From NCBI GenBank assembly GCA_964016885.1, contig OZ024745.1, positions 45,632,001 to 45,696,000 of the forward strand: a stretch of DNA of 64,000 nt. Direction: 5' to 3'. The position numbers and the translations under genes are program-made. Below are positions 42,386 through 57,365 of this stretch, piece by piece (within the stretch, counting starts at the first letter, position 1; every line of letters starts with the position of its first letter). The stretch is from Eledone cirrhosa. Taxonomy: Eukaryota. The notes beneath the pieces were generated by a model. The model searched no databases. It had not been told where the DNA came from and worked only from the letters and a program-made list of their open reading frames with translations.

Positions 42386-43387
42386 CCATACTTCCTATTA
42401 TACAGTTTGTTAGGTCCCTAGATCGGTTACTCTAGCTGATTCTGCTGAGGAGGTCCTCCATGCTGTCACATACATCTGGGGACATTTCAATAATGGGGCG
42501 TATGATCAGGGAGAGGAAGTAGGACAGTCTGTAGTTACTAGCAATGTTAGCTCCACAGACTGGCCATGTTGGTGGTCCTGTGACAGGGTCACTGCTCCTT
42601 TTATGGTCTTTTCGAAGACCATATATATATATATATATATACCGTGTGATAGAGAAATATTATCAATACTCCCGGAGATGACTGCGGAAATCAAGCTAAA
42701 CATCTGCTGTATGGTAACACTTAAATCTTTTATAAGACGATAATTAACGCCCCGATTCCGTTATCATTTCTTTCTAAGAAAATGTTCCGTCTTCAGATAT
42801 ATATTACGTGACTTACTCATCTATTCTATATTGTCCTATACATAGTGATAACTTCCCCAAAATACTAACATATTTTCAAATCTTAAATATCGCCAATGCT
42901 GTTAATTAACCAAATATATTATAAACATATATATTAGTAATAACAATGAGAGTAAATTTTACTCATTTACTAGGTGTATTTTAGTTCAATGCAATGATAG
43001 GATCATTGTAGCTATACAGATGCGAGAGCGAAAATAGGTAGGGAGTGATGGATTGATTTTTTATTTTATAGAGTGACATGTTGATGGATAAATATACAGA
43101 TACGCAGATATAGTGATAGGTAAATATAAACGATAATACATCACTCAACAGATAGACAGAAAAATAGACACAAACATAGATATATCGATAGATAGCTACA
43201 TAGATACATAGGTACGAAGTAGTAATATGAGCGTATCGTACCTTTTATAGCATTGACAAATATATTCAGATGCAACATAGGCAAGTGGTGTCCTACATAC
43301 GTTTACGCCAATTCACATTTACTGAGTTAAAAACCGACTAAAACAACAATAACAATAACAGAAACAACAACGATTTCATTGATGATG

Positions 43388-43455
<68 letters not shown>

Positions 43456-43456
<1 letters not shown>

Positions 43457-43905
43457 GGTGCTGTGGGATTTTAGGATACAGACGGACAAGAAACTGGAAC
43501 ACAATAGACCTGACCTGGTGGTTTTGGACAAGGAAAAAAGATTGTGCCTGATTGTGGATGTGGCCTGCCCATTCGACACGAGAGTGCAAGAGAAGGAGAG
43601 GGAGAAAATTAACCGATACCAGGACTTAAAGTGGGAGGTAAAAAGGATTTGGAACTGCCATGAGGTCAAAGTGGTCCCGATTGTCATAGGCGCACTGGGG
43701 ACTATCTCAAAAAGTTTCCAGGGATGGTTAAAGAAAATTGGCCCCGCCCCGCTTTTTGGAACGCTTCAAAAGGCATGCTTGCTGGGAACAGCAAGAACCC
43801 TCCGATACGTCCTGAATATCTGAGGCTGCAGGTAGTGGCTTGATATTCATTTCAACAAACTTTCCAGTTAACTAACATCAATGACTGAGACTCAAAGAAC
43901 AACAA
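43456..43905 (+). mobile_element. R4/Dong-type RLE non-LTR retrotransposon 3' end in (TAA)n
   Basis: LWDFRIQTD...RPDLVV...DVACPFD...KINRYQDL...PIVIGALG restriction-like endonuclease; (AAT)n at the 5' junction and AAT/GAT repeats at the 3' end. Confidence 0.9.
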
Positions 43906-44189
43906 TAATAATAATGATGATAACGATAAAGCGCACTTATATGTCGACTTGTACTTCTCACACCAAACACCCAAGCATACAATTGAATACAAGCATGCGT
44001 CTGTCTACATTGTACAATCGGATCTCCACCGTTTCGTCATCTCACATTAACATCGATGTCAGTCTTATTGATACAACGGTGAGCCTTAGCAAATAACCAT
44101 GGCGATTGACAAATATTTACTAACCTATTCGCTAATGAGAAAATGTAAAAAGAGATCTAAGCACGTTTAGCTTCGTTTACTTTCTTCTT

Positions 44190-44228
<39 letters not shown>

Positions 44229-44496
44229 CTTTTTATTTTCTATCGACGTCTGCATGTTATCTTTTAGTTTGTGTTTTTGATTTTGCAATGTTTCATGTCG
44301 TGTTTGTGGGTTTATATAAAGAGTTTTTGATATATTACATACGAGGTCATTTAGAAAAATGAATCGCTTTTTATTCCAATCGATTAGAGTTCTAACATAT
44401 ACATACACACGAATACCCACACATATACTCATAGTCACACAGCCACACACAAACAAAGACACTCACTCACAAACACGCACACACACAAACACACTG

Positions 44497-44611
<115 letters not shown>

Positions 44612-44652
44612 CATATATATATATATACATATATATATACATATATATATAT

Positions 44653-45325
<673 letters not shown>

Positions 45326-45353
45326 GTATATATATATATGTGTGTGTGTGTTG

Positions 45354-45385
<32 letters not shown>

Positions 45386-45400
45386 AAATATGTATGTATG

Positions 45401-45492
<92 letters not shown>

Positions 45493-46072
45493 TACATGTG
45501 TATATATATATATATATATATACGTACATGTATATTTATTGACCCAAACAAGGTAGACTTATGTATACGTTCATACAATCACTAATATCTATGTACAGAT
45601 GCACATTCTCATGGGCGTAAGAAATATATTCTTAATTCACCATTTCCCAACTACCTGGAAAGGCTCCATCAATTATTTTACTTTTCTTCCGCATTTTAAG
45701 CTTATAGTTCCAAAAATTGATTCGGGATTAATGGACAGTAATAATACAAATGCTTGTCTGAGATATGCTTATAATTATATTAAATGCTGTATGATTCAGT
45801 AATAAATTCCATTCTCCAATACTGCTTTTCTCCTTCATATTATTTCTTACTAATTTAAATATCGTTAAATCCTATCTCTTTTTAAATGAAATGAAGTAAA
45901 ATTGAATAAAATAAAATGAACGTATAAATAATCTTCCAGAAATTAATTTTCATTGATAAACTTTCAATATTAAATGAATATTATCTGTTGTAATAGCATT
46001 CCAAGATGAAGGTAGATCATGGCGTGTTTGAAGTACGACTTTAGCTATTGTCAAATACTGAACGAAAATTTA

Positions 46073-46201
<129 letters not shown>

Positions 46202-46386
46202 CTATAATATACATTGGTGTTGAAATTAAAAACATAGGTCAATTCATTAAGATGAAATAATTACATTCTAATTATTGATATTCTTACAGAATAAATATTT
46301 TGTAAAGATTTTAGTCTTGTTATATACAACATCATAGCATTAATTTCTAAAGTAAATATCGTAACGTCATAGCGACAGATACTCAC

Positions 46387-46589
46387 CTTCATTTGGCAAA
46401 GATATCTCATCCCTTTGCACACCTGCCAAGCAAATGATAGTAAATCCCTTGTAGTTAGAATAATATTAACGTCTGATTTTGTTTCTTCGGCTGTCCTTGC
46501 TGTTCTATTACAAGTGGCTTGTCGATGTTTACGTAGGAAGTTTTTCAGTGAGCCGTGTTGACAGTATTCGACAATAATGTAGAAGGGCC
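46387..46589 (-). CDS. RET: RET kinase exon (GPFYIIVEYCQHGSLKNFLRKHR...DLLSFAWQVCKGMRYLCQMK)
   Basis: Read from the reverse complement; hinge and alphaE motifs; tttag| acceptor, AAG|gtgagt donor. Confidence 0.96.
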
Positions 46590-46848
46590 CTAAAAAAATA
46601 ATCTAAACCGGTAAGTTAAAAATATAAACAGATATTTCTAATATACGCACATACATATTCATGCATACATACATACTTACATACATAATGAGAGTGCGAG
46701 AAATAAAGAGAGACGAAGATAGAGCGAGAAAAATCAGAAAGAGAGTGAGCAGTATTTGGTTTTAACCTTATTTTCTCTGACAAATTGATTAATTATTTAG
46801 TTATTTCATTGAGCAGAAATGGTAACTGATGGACACTTTTATATGTAA

Positions 46849-46882
<34 letters not shown>

Positions 46883-48549
46883 ATGTGTGTGTGTGCGTGT
46901 GTGTGTGTGTGTGTGTATTTTCTATTTTTTGTTCTCTACTCCCTTTACTGTCGAATGAATAAGGCTTAAAACGAACTGATTCATCTAGAAATCCCATTTA
47001 CTTGCCCAATTGTCTATCGTTTACTCACTTCTAGTGGACAATATACAACGTAATGGTTTTCCCCTACGAAAAAATAACTTGTAGTAGCAACCACTAGAAT
47101 TGTTCTCTTCATACAAAAATGATAAGAACTGTGAAACCGGTAAATGAAACAAATACATATTCTTAAAAAGACTCCAGTTGCATTTTCGATTTCATCTTTT
47201 TTCCTTATACTTTCATTAAAAAACTCTCATTTTCTTATATATATATATATATATGCATAATAAATAACTGCTGTAAAATTCATTGTATGCTCTTTGATGC
47301 GACAATATTTTATCAGAATAAATTTTGTATTATAAGTATTTTACAAATAATTGGGCCTCTAATCACAAGTATAAAACTATGAAACCATAAATCATTTAGA
47401 AGAGTGTATAAGCTCTATTTACGTCAGTTTTCAGAAAGATAATTTAGTTCATAACCTAAAACGAGAACAAATTGCTTTACTTTTGAACTAGTGTTTACAT
47501 TCCCTAGCAAGAAAATATATCTTAACATAAAATCATACATTCCTTGAAAATTATCTGGAATCTAATTGAAGAATGCGAGAGTGAGGGTTAAAAACAACGT
47601 AAATCAGTAAGTGTAATTTAACACCTGATCCTAAATAATGAGTTAAACGTTACGGCTATGTTAGAATAGAGTTCAGAAGGGTCATGATCTTACAAAGCAA
47701 TCAATTACCATTATGGAAAAGAAGTGACAATCTATCTTAAAAGAGAGGATACTTAAAATGAGCTTTGAAGTATGTTCATGCCATTGTGCTAAATGCACTA
47801 GTGACTTTCTTTGAAAATACATTCCAAGAAAATGTCCAAACGCAAGAAAAACTATTGAGACAAGAAAATTGACAGTTCAAAGTTATAAGGGAAATGAAAT
47901 ATAAACTAGTAGGATATATCAGCTCAAAATATCTTGATCGCTAGATAAACATAGTTTAATCTTATTATTAATTTCACTGCAATATGCTACAAAGGAAATT
48001 TTGTACGGCATTTAATTAAACCAAATTAAACCCAATTACGTATCCAAAACTCTCCTTTGGAATCATTTTTGTTGTCATGGTCCATAGTTCCTCTTGGAAT
48101 CCTTATTTTATTCTAAAATAGATAAATAGTAGTACTAATAAAGTAAATTAAAATATTCTTATTAATATTTACATGGATGTTCAACTACATTTGTGAACGT
48201 TTGATTGTAACATGTAAAACCGTTGATAGTATTTGCCAACATAAAACCCCAAGAATGCAGGAAAAGACAAACCTATCGGAGAGCGAACGATATTTCGACA
48301 GCTTGCGAACCTCGCCCTGATGAGTGGCAAAGACTGGGTTAGACGCCAAAGAAACGGATTGCCCCTGGAGAAGATGTCATTGCATGTAGTCACAAAGATG
48401 AGTGGCTTACCACCGTGAATCAAGAAGATCGGTAAGCCTTCTCCACTACATATTACCACACCCAGTCATTATTTCATAAACATATTAGAAATACCAGTTT
48501 ATTTTTGTATTATTCTAATGCAAACATTTCAGGAAATAAAGGTACTTAC

Positions 48550-48657
48550 CTCTATGGGCACATACACCGAGAAGACGAATAACATTTGGGTGATTTACTT
48601 CTTTCAAGAGGTTAAATTCAGACCAGAGGTCGCGGAACTCAGCAATTGAAGCACATT
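48550..48657 (-). CDS. RET: RET kinase exon (ECASIAEFRDLWSEFNLLKEVNHPNVIRLLGVC)
   Basis: RET alphaC motif RDLxSEFNxLKxVNHP; 108 nt; GT-AG. Confidence 0.97.
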
Positions 48658-48745
48658 CTAAAAGATTACCATTAAAATAAGAAAGTAAAGGCAGGATTTC
48701 TATATATGCATAGATAAAAACATACATTATTAATTAGCTGGCCCT

Positions 48746-48811
<66 letters not shown>

Positions 48812-48814
<3 letters not shown>

Positions 48815-49026
48815 TAGTTCCCCAACAGTTAGTTCACGATACCGAGAACAAATGTTTCACCTTATGCGGATCTTCAGCTCGGTCTGACGGGGCTGAAGAT
48901 CCGCATAAGGTGAAACATTTGTTCTCGGTATGGTGAACAAACGGTTGTGGAATAACTTCGACCAAACTCGTCTCATGGACTGAGTGCTCTACTACTACGG
49001 ATATAACCCTCCAGTGTTCTACTGCT

Positions 49027-49027
<1 letters not shown>
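48812..49027. mobile_element. Palindromic double-HHR insert with tail; second copy at 61320-61523
   Basis: Arms 48820-48880 / 48890-48950; CTGAAGA-TCCGCATAAGGT-GAAACATTTGTT-CTCGG on both strands. Confidence 0.75.
48841..48883 (-). ncRNA. Type I hammerhead ribozyme
   Basis: ACCGAG-CTGAAGA-TCCGCATAAGGT-GAAA-CATTTG-TT-CTCGGT; 6-bp stem I. Confidence 0.75.
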
Positions 49028-49059
<32 letters not shown>

Positions 49060-49086
49060 CATACATATATATATATATATATACAT

Positions 49087-49141
<55 letters not shown>

Positions 49142-49160
49142 CATATATATATATATATAT

Positions 49161-49368
<208 letters not shown>

Positions 49369-49486
49369 GCATGTTTCGGCATTTGCAGACAAGTGTAATA
49401 TAATTTAATTATTGTTCATTTTATATATCCTAAATTCATAAAAAAGATGTATATAAGATTAAATGATTGGGGTCAGTTGATCTTAC

Positions 49487-49634
49487 CTTTCAACATCTTT
49501 ACTGCAACTGTTGTGTATCCTGATTTTCCGTCTATATTAAAGGCCTGGGCCTTCATGACCATACCAAATTCACCTTCACCAAGGGCTTCTTCGATTATCA
49601 GATTTTTTCGTGGAAAACCCCATTTCTTGTCTAT
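49487..49634 (-). CDS. RET: RET kinase subdomain I-II exon ([24 protein letters not shown]...[11 protein letters not shown])
   Basis: Near-identical to human RET KWEFPRKNL...LGEGEFG...[11 protein letters not shown]; 148 nt; tandem TAGCAG acceptor. Confidence 0.97.
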
Positions 49635-49860
49635 CTGCTAATGAGAGAGGTGAATATATATATGCATGCGTACATTAATGCATACATGCAAACCTACATA
49701 CATACATACATACATACATACATACATACATACATACATACATACATACATACATACATACATACATACATACATACATACATACTCGCATGCATGCAGA
49801 CATGCAGACATATCTACCTAGTTGATGTTGTCTAAATCTCAAAGAAGGAGTCTTGTGTAG

Positions 49861-49890
<30 letters not shown>

Positions 49891-49891
<1 letters not shown>

Positions 49892-50095
49892 GGTACGTTA
49901 TTCCGGGTTGAATCGGAGGTAACCACAGTAAGTAAGGTACTCAATACATAGCAGAGTATAAAAGTTTTAATATAGATGAGATTCTACAGGACTAGAAGTG
50001 TTTCATTCTTTAGAAATCATCAGGAATCAGATTCATGATGATTCCTAAAGAATGAAACAGTTCTAGTCCTGTAGAATCTCATCTATATTAAAACT
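49891..50095. mobile_element. Palindromic HHR insert with tail; same family as 739-795 and tail fragment 61796-61830
   Basis: 49963-50028 pairs with 50030-50095; sequence matches 739-795. Confidence 0.75.
49980..50028 (-). ncRNA. Type I hammerhead ribozyme
   Basis: GATTC-CTGATGA-TTTCTAAAGAAT-GAAA-CAC..CTG-TA-GAATC; the plus-strand partner has a mutated core (ATGATGA). Confidence 0.75.
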
Positions 50096-50127
50096 ATATA
50101 TAAATATATATATATATACATACATAC

Positions 50128-50370
50128 AAAACATTCCAAAAATTCTGCATATAACTTCATGTATACATGTATACATACAAAACATGCATATATATATAAC
50201 TCAAACATCCACATCCACACATAGAATAACATCCATACCTACATACACAGGCATGCAGACATGTCTGCCTAGTTGATGTTTAAATTCCAATGAGAGTCTT
50301 TTCTTGTGTCTATATTAGAAACAGACTCTCTCTATTGGTAAACATTTATAAAATTATAAAACCAGAAGTA
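50128..50370 (+). mobile_element. 5'-truncated RLE family B 3' UTR (shorter piece at 49788-49857)
   Basis: aaaacattccaaaa...gaaacagactctctctattgg...aaaccagaag matches 60385-60610; CATA flanks. Confidence 0.7.
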
Positions 50371-50616
50371 CATACATATGCTTACATACTGTATATACTC
50401 ACGTACATAATTCATACTAATAAGTATACAAAACATATTGCGAATTTATTTGAAATATACAGTAATGTCAATGTCACCAAATTAGCTGTTAAAGCACACG
50501 TAGAATTATACGTTGTCCACATGCAATTCTACATTCCCTAAATGTGAAAGTATCATCATTACACGTTATGAAATGTTATCTGTATAGTAGCATAGACAAT
50601 AAAATATTATACTAAC

Positions 50617-50903
50617 ATCAGTGGTGACAGAAAAGCCATCGCTTGGTCCCTTGTGACACGAATAATTGTAATGGTGGAGATGCATCTGTCTCTCTTGGTC
50701 GCCAACATAATCAGATGGTGCTGCCGATACAGATACAACACTGCCAACATGCTTTAACGTATCCGAGCGAAGTCGACGTTTCTTTACCAACCACCAAATA
50801 GCGAAGCTGCTAAAACAGATCACCACAAGACATCCAAAAACTGTCGCCATTGCAGATTCGCATATTCGGTCACAAATATCCGATTCGTTTTTCTGCACGA
50901 CGG
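50617..50903 (-). CDS. RET: RET transmembrane/juxtamembrane exon (CDRIC...TM...KKRR)
   Basis: CDxxC before a hydrophobic TM span and basic stop-transfer KKRRLR; ttacag| acceptor, GAT|gttagt donor. Confidence 0.92.
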
Positions 50904-51170
50904 CTGTAATGAAGAAAATAGAATACTTAAATAAAAAATATAAAGGTCATGCTAACTTTTTTGAAAATATTCCGATGTTACACATCATTTAACATTATTC
51001 CAACAGTCGGGTATTTTTAGAAAATATGAACGGGTTTTTATAATAATGCTTAAAGGAATCTCAGATGTCTGAAGATAAAATAAGTCACAGAGTAAAACTG
51101 AATTGTCTAACAGTGTTTTATATTATTTTTACATATGTCCAAATCTGTTTAATATTAGATTGTAATATAG

Positions 51171-51367
51171 GGCGGTGGGTTGGCAGTTTCGGTTGAGCGT
51201 CAGATAACATGCGCTATGACATAGAGTTATTTCCCTTTACGTTCTGAGTTCAAATCCCACCAAATCCTTACGTGGTCGATAAAATAAAGGAATTCACTGG
51301 TGTCGATTCAATCGACTTTTCCCCTTCCTCAACATTATTGGCCTTGTGCCTAAATCAGAAACCAATA
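51171..51367 (+). mobile_element. OK/Nin-type SINE
   Basis: ggcggtgggttggcag head, gagttcaaatcc B box, gtcgataaaataaag core. Confidence 0.75.
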
Positions 51368-51804
51368 TTACACTGGAAGGTTACATATCATTTAAGCACA
51401 AAATATATATATATTTCAGACCTTTAATTACCGCTAAATCTACATAATGTTATTTTCATCACAAAATTAAAATTCCAAATTTTAAATATCACGAAATATA
51501 GTGTATTTTTTTCCACTCATTCATACTTTATATTGTATTAATGGGAAATAAACGAATGTTTCCTTTCTTCCATTCAAATCATATGAATATTAAAAAATAC
51601 AAATTTTATCATCTTTAGGACTTTCTTACTTATCCTTAAATTCCTCGTTTTAATAAAATAATGATGTGATTATAAATTCTCCGGTTTATTTCTCTCACGA
51701 ACGAGAACATCATTCTATATTAATTAATGTTCGTCACGACAATATAAATATGGGAATTGAATAGTTTTAGATGTAAGAACCAATTAAACATAATTAGTAC
51801 ATAC

Positions 51805-52017
51805 CATTCGATACAGCATCAACAGTTCTGAATGTAGACTTAGGCTTCTCTGATTTATTAAATTTCTCCACCTGTTCAATAACTCTCGTTTCGTTCCATT
51901 CTGTTACTGGTTGAGGCACACAGTGGCACACGTATTTAGCATCACATGAACAAACGCCTTTTGCCTTCATAATTCCCACGTTTGTTTCGCCAAACAGTCC
52001 GCCAACAGGAGTTGTAT
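51805..52017 (-). CDS. RET: RET cysteine-rich domain exon (GIMKAKGVCSCDAKYVCHC)
   Basis: Matches the RET GI...GxCxC....CxC motif; aaag| acceptor, G|gtatgt donor, phase 1-1. Confidence 0.9.
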
Positions 52018-52137
52018 CTTTTATAGAAATTTAAAAAAAAACAGGATAGCAAATAGTAAATTATTTATTGAAGAGCTAATCAGCTTTAAAATATATATTA
52101 GGAGACTCTTAATCGGTTTTTATATTGAAGTGCTTCA

Positions 52138-52203
<66 letters not shown>

Positions 52204-53241
52204 CATGTACGAATAAAACCGTCTCTCTTATTTATTATACTAAAACTCCGGACGATACCTTTCGGAGAAAATCCTAAGGAACACAAATTGTGGAGTGCTT
52301 CATATCTGTTTAAGAAAAAGTCCGCAGATTTTTTATCAACCAACTTTCTTCAACTGAATTATATTGTCAGATGACCCTGTGATAAACAGGTGAAATTCCA
52401 GAATGACAAGATTATATATAGAGACAATTAAAATGTTAGCTCCGACATACAAATATATGAAATTCGCATAGAAGACTTTGCAAATGTTTATTTATTAAAC
52501 ATACAGTATATCATTTGAGATAGAGGAATTATGGATATAACCCATCCGACGGGGTTCCAAATAGTTTCCAACTACCTACATTCCCTCACAGGGCATGGGT
52601 TAACACGAGGTTATGGCAAATGATAATTGCCAAATATGCCTGCATTAGAATCCAGCCATTTTCCTAATGATTGTGAATTGAATTCCTTAACCATTTGGTC
52701 ATACTTTGTCTAATACTGCAGCTAGTTTAATACCTAATTTCTCAAACAATCATTATTCCGAAATGGCCAATAAATATATTTGACTAAATTTAGCTAATTA
52801 CTCGATATTTAATCAATGTCATTGGAAATTTCCCCGACATTGACAAAAAACGCTATTATTCAAATATACACCAGAATGTTTTCTGATATTACATTGTCTG
52901 ATCTTGATGTGGATTGACAAAGTTAGAATAGAATAGGTGGATTATATTTACGTAAAACATGCCGAAGTTTTTTAATTAAAAAATCAGTCTGTTAAATAAC
53001 TGAATACACAGCAAGAAAATTACATAAACAAGTAATTTTTAACATATAAACTTCGTCTTATTTCACTAGACAATCAGATGAGAAGATTCAGATATAATGT
53101 GTAATAATACCTTAATACGTAATAAGATTGAGTAGCGACATCACTGCAGAATTGACGAATATCGATAAGTTCAATATCGTCTTTTAATTACCAGTTCATC
53201 CGGAATTTTTACTTTATACGATCTTCACACACATGCACGCA

Positions 53242-53338
<97 letters not shown>

Positions 53339-53536
53339 CTTTGTGTGTGTGTGTGTATGTGTAGCCTACAGTTACTTATGAAAAATGCTACGAACGACAG
53401 AATCTTCTTTTCCTTTTTTTCATATCGAACTATTTGTTGGTTGCGGGTTAATTAACGATCGATTTGTTTATCAGTTACGAACGTAATTTTATTTAAACAT
53501 TTATCCACAAATACACTGTCTCGATATATTCATACG

Positions 53537-53648
<112 letters not shown>

Positions 53649-53732
53649 TGAGTGTGTGTGCGTGTGTGTGTTTAGAGCCACTATAACTACCGCACACTTT
53701 GCTCGTTGTATCTAACTGCTCTCATGATCCTA

Positions 53733-53803
53733 CACTTAGACACTCTCAATTCCGTCTTCTCGTCACCCACTTAGACACTCTCAATTCCGTCTTCTCGTCA
53801 CCC
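53733..53803. repeat. Tandem duplication of ~35 bp
   Basis: cacttagacactctcaattccgtcttctcgtcacc x2. Confidence 0.9.
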
Positions 53804-54181
53804 ATATTTTATTCAGCCTCCACCCCAGACCTTTCAATATATACTACATCCAGTCCGCTTTCTTCTGGTCAGGGATGGTTTCAGGCTATAAAGATATTCC
53901 ATTGAAAGTTAAAATAAAAACGTAGTAAGTTTTTACATTTTTCACATGAATTTTCGGAATCAGTAGAGCAGTTGGAAACTATCCCTGCCGTATTTAGTTA
54001 TGGCTATTTACGTTTTCAATTCAAATTCCTCTGCAGTCTTTAATATAAAGTATCAGTCATGAACTTCATTAACCATATGTACAATTTTGTTTATGAATAT
54101 GTGTATAGATATGATGTTAAAACAACAATAAAACAGCAACACAGACATATGCACATAAATATAACTTCTCAGTATTTTTAC

Positions 54182-54391
54182 CCGTGCAATCCTGTGGACA
54201 TATTTTAGGATTCTTTGCTTCTAATTCATCACAGACGTAATCTGGACAGGTTTCCGTGTTTGGTCTACAGGTACTGTAATTTTTAGACATTGTTATTTCA
54301 CCAGCATTCCACAAGCATCTTCCTAGCACAGATCCGACACCACAGTTTTCGTGACAGTCCCATTCATTGGTGTATTTAGAGCACATCCCAT
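54182..54391 (-). CDS. RET: RET cysteine-rich domain exon (CHENCGVGS...YSTCRPNTETCPDYVCDELE...ICPQDC)
   Basis: RET CRD signature STC.P...TCPD..CD.LE....ICPQDC; canonical splice sites, phase 1-1. Confidence 0.95.
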
Positions 54392-54619
54392 CTATTGAAT
54401 AATAATAATGTATAGATATGGACAGATTTAATAGATGCTAAAACAATACATAATGTTAGGAATATAAATTGTAAAAAGTAATCAGTAGTCTTTAGTGAGC
54501 CATTTTAGTTCAAGCCATATTGCAATATCACAAGAAACCTTGTTAACAATAGTCGCCAGTGTTGGAAACAAATATCTCTATCAAAGTTGTCACTGCAAAC
54601 AATATTAAAACACCTTAGG

Positions 54620-55040
54620 GTGCTGGATTGGCCAACTTAGTAGTGTTGGGGCACTTTGCATACTGAGTTCAATTTCAATTGAGGCCAACTTTGCATTTAA
54701 TCTTTCCGAGATCGATAAAATAATGTATCAGTTAAGTACTAGGTTTGCGTTAATCAACTTTACACTGACGCAAATTTGCTGACCTTGTGCCTAACATAGA
54801 AATAAATATTAGAACATCTTATGACAGCAGATAGGCAGTATCATTGGTACGTTGGACACCGTGCTGCATGGCATAAAGTTACGTTTCTTTGCTTTCTGAG
54901 TTCAAACATCGCCGATATTAGCTTTGCCTTTCGTCCTCCCCGCATCGATAAAATAAAGTACAAGTAATGCACTGGGGTCAATTTAATCGACTTTCCCTTC
55001 CCCCACAATTGCTGGCTTCGTGTCTAAATTAGAAACCAAT
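54620..55040 (+). mobile_element. Two tandem diverged OK/Nin-type SINEs
   Basis: Each has ctgagttcaa...ctttgc...tcgataaaataa and a ccttgtgcctaa-like tail. Confidence 0.7.
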
Positions 55041-55339
55041 ATTAGAACACCTTGACGCCGACTTGAAATTTCGAGTTCCATTAAAAACGAGTGTATTATC
55101 ATTTGAATTTGAAATGTTGAAATCCAAAAACAGAAATGTTATATATTTTAAAAGTGTTAGAAAATCGGGTACAAAATATAAATGACCGGCAGCTACTCTA
55201 GAGGATTAAATTTGTATCGTTTGAATTCTGGCCAAGTACGTTAAATTTAACAGATATAGTCATTCTATATTTGGATTTCAATATTTCAATATTTCAATAT
55301 TCAATAAATGGTAAGAATATACATAACATATTAGATTAC

Positions 55340-55595
55340 CACATATTCCTGGAAATGAAGTTCCTGCTTCTAAGTTTATAACAATTGTCTCGAATCGTTT
55401 CGCAATGTCTTCGCCTTTTTCATAGATATCCACGTAGACAAATAAAAAGTTGCTGTTAACCTTTTCACGCAGAGCCTTTGTGTTTGTCACATATACGATT
55501 CCTGTTTTCTCCGTTACGTTAAAGATGTGAGTATCACGTAATTTAAAGACAGGACTTTTGAATGTTGCTCGAAGATCATAAGGCATTGCGTAAAT
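55340..55595 (-). CDS. RET: RET cadherin-like domain exon (IYAMPYDLRATF...FNVTEKTGIVYV...FPGIC)
   Basis: ttccag| acceptor, G|gtaatc donor; cadherin-type F-x-V-x-x-x-T-G-I-V-Y-V motif. Confidence 0.85.
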
Positions 55596-55999
55596 CTGGA
55601 ATATATGAGATATAATTCAAATACATTTATTTCGTTAAAAATAATTCTCTTTTATAAAGAATAACAACATCCCAACACTCCTATCTAGCGGACTGGTGGT
55701 TCGGGTTGATAAACGATGATGCAACAAATTAATCAAAGCAGTCAACCATCGTAGATGTGGTATCCAGTGGTCGATATAAAAGTACCATTCTAGTACTGGG
55801 GTCGATTCTTTATCTATATCTCTTTCTTTTTTTCATTCTCTCTGTCTAGGCTCAGGAAGAAATTTGCTATTTTTAGACCTGGTGAGGATTGGGCTCCACC
55901 AGGTTTAAAAAGTGCTCTAGAAATGCCGTATCTTTATACGGCACACCGACGATTATCTTAGCAGTTACGGGACCATGCATGCATGAGTATATTTAAATG

Positions 56000-56103
<104 letters not shown>

Positions 56104-56120
56104 CATGTGTGTTTATATAT

Positions 56121-56172
<52 letters not shown>

Positions 56173-56175
<3 letters not shown>

Positions 56176-56596
56176 GAAAAATTAAACAGGGACAGAACAG
56201 AGAGGCAGTACGACAAATGTTTATTAAATTCACGCTCAGGAGAGTGGGGGGGTAGGTGGGGGACGACGTTTCGGGCATAAGCCCTTCTTCAGGTGAGAGT
56301 TCAAAAGGTGTGTAGGGGAGTGGTGGAGAGACATATAGCGAAAGGAAACGGTGCGAATGAAAAATTAACAAATAAAGACAAAAATATAATAAATAATAAA
56401 TAAAAATAAAGCATGATCAAAATACAAGGAATGAGAAAATTTAAAAATAAAGGCATGATCAAAATAAACTGAAATTAAAAGGGGGGTAAACGGGTGGTGG
56501 AAGGGTGTGGGGTGAGTAGAGGTGGTGGCGGGTGGAGTGGGGAGAGGGAGACGGGGTGTCCGAGCGGGGAGGGCTGAAGGTGGTGTGTGTGGTTAG

Positions 56597-56637
<41 letters not shown>

Positions 56638-56930
56638 AAAATGAGGGTTGGGGGAAGAACGGGGTTGCATGTTCAGGAAGGTGTGTGTGGAGGGTGTTTT
56701 TGTGGGTCGGAGGGTCTGTGCGTGTGTGGATAGGGGGTGGGGGGAGAGGAATCAGGGGGCTGAGGGTGTAAATATGTGGTGGGAAGCACGTGTGTGTGGT
56801 TTAAGCGTGTTGTGGGTGTGGGTGGCGTGTGGATAAAAAAATTTGTTTTGGGGTGTGTGTGTGTGGGTGAGTTATATAGGTGGTGGTGTAAGAGCGTGGT
56901 TGAAAAGTGGTAAGTTACACGGATGTATGG
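56173..56930 (-). mobile_element. PLE 3' UTR/pLTR fragment with minimal HHR; copy 2
   Basis: Homologous to 1330-2088; the minus strand reads CTGAAGA-AGGGCTTATGCCC-GAAACGTC at ~56264-56295. Confidence 0.7.
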
Positions 56931-56956
56931 AGATTTTGGTGAGAAGTCAAAACGCG

Positions 56957-57007
<51 letters not shown>

Positions 57008-57029
57008 GTATCTATATACATATATATAT

Positions 57030-57168
<139 letters not shown>

Positions 57169-57310
57169 GAGTTTATGTTGGTTGTATACCAACACCTCAG
57201 TATGCAGGCTGGAGCACTCGACGAAGTGCGCAGGTTGGTTTGGTTACTCCGGAGTAGTGTAAAATAAAGTTAAATAAAAGTCAAATGATTAAAATTTAGC
57301 TTCTTTTATT

Positions 57311-57365
57311 ACTGCTATATATATTTCAGTGACAGCCATCTTTGGCTGTGACCTCTTCAGGCAGT
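57311..57365 (-). ncRNA. Type I hammerhead ribozyme (left arm)
   Basis: ACTGC-CTGAAGA-GGTCACAGCCA/TGGCTGTCACT-GAAA-TATATA-TA-GCAGT. Confidence 0.85.

Larger units (their letters stand above)
40289..42620 (-). mobile_element. Second Penelope-like element, 5'-truncated and disrupted, with HHR-bearing 3' pLTR, in (TA)n within a RET intron
   Basis: RT (GAAIG, RYTDD, PVLD, YAKP) and GIY-YIG (NVVF...YIGETARS...RINEH); TA tracts on both sides; pLTR 40289-40600 matches 21785-22367. Confidence 0.9.

Noticed and set aside
48318-48365. CTGATGA-TGGC...GCCA-AAGAAAC hammerhead-like motif
   Set aside because: No convincing stem III with an NUH site and no stem I.
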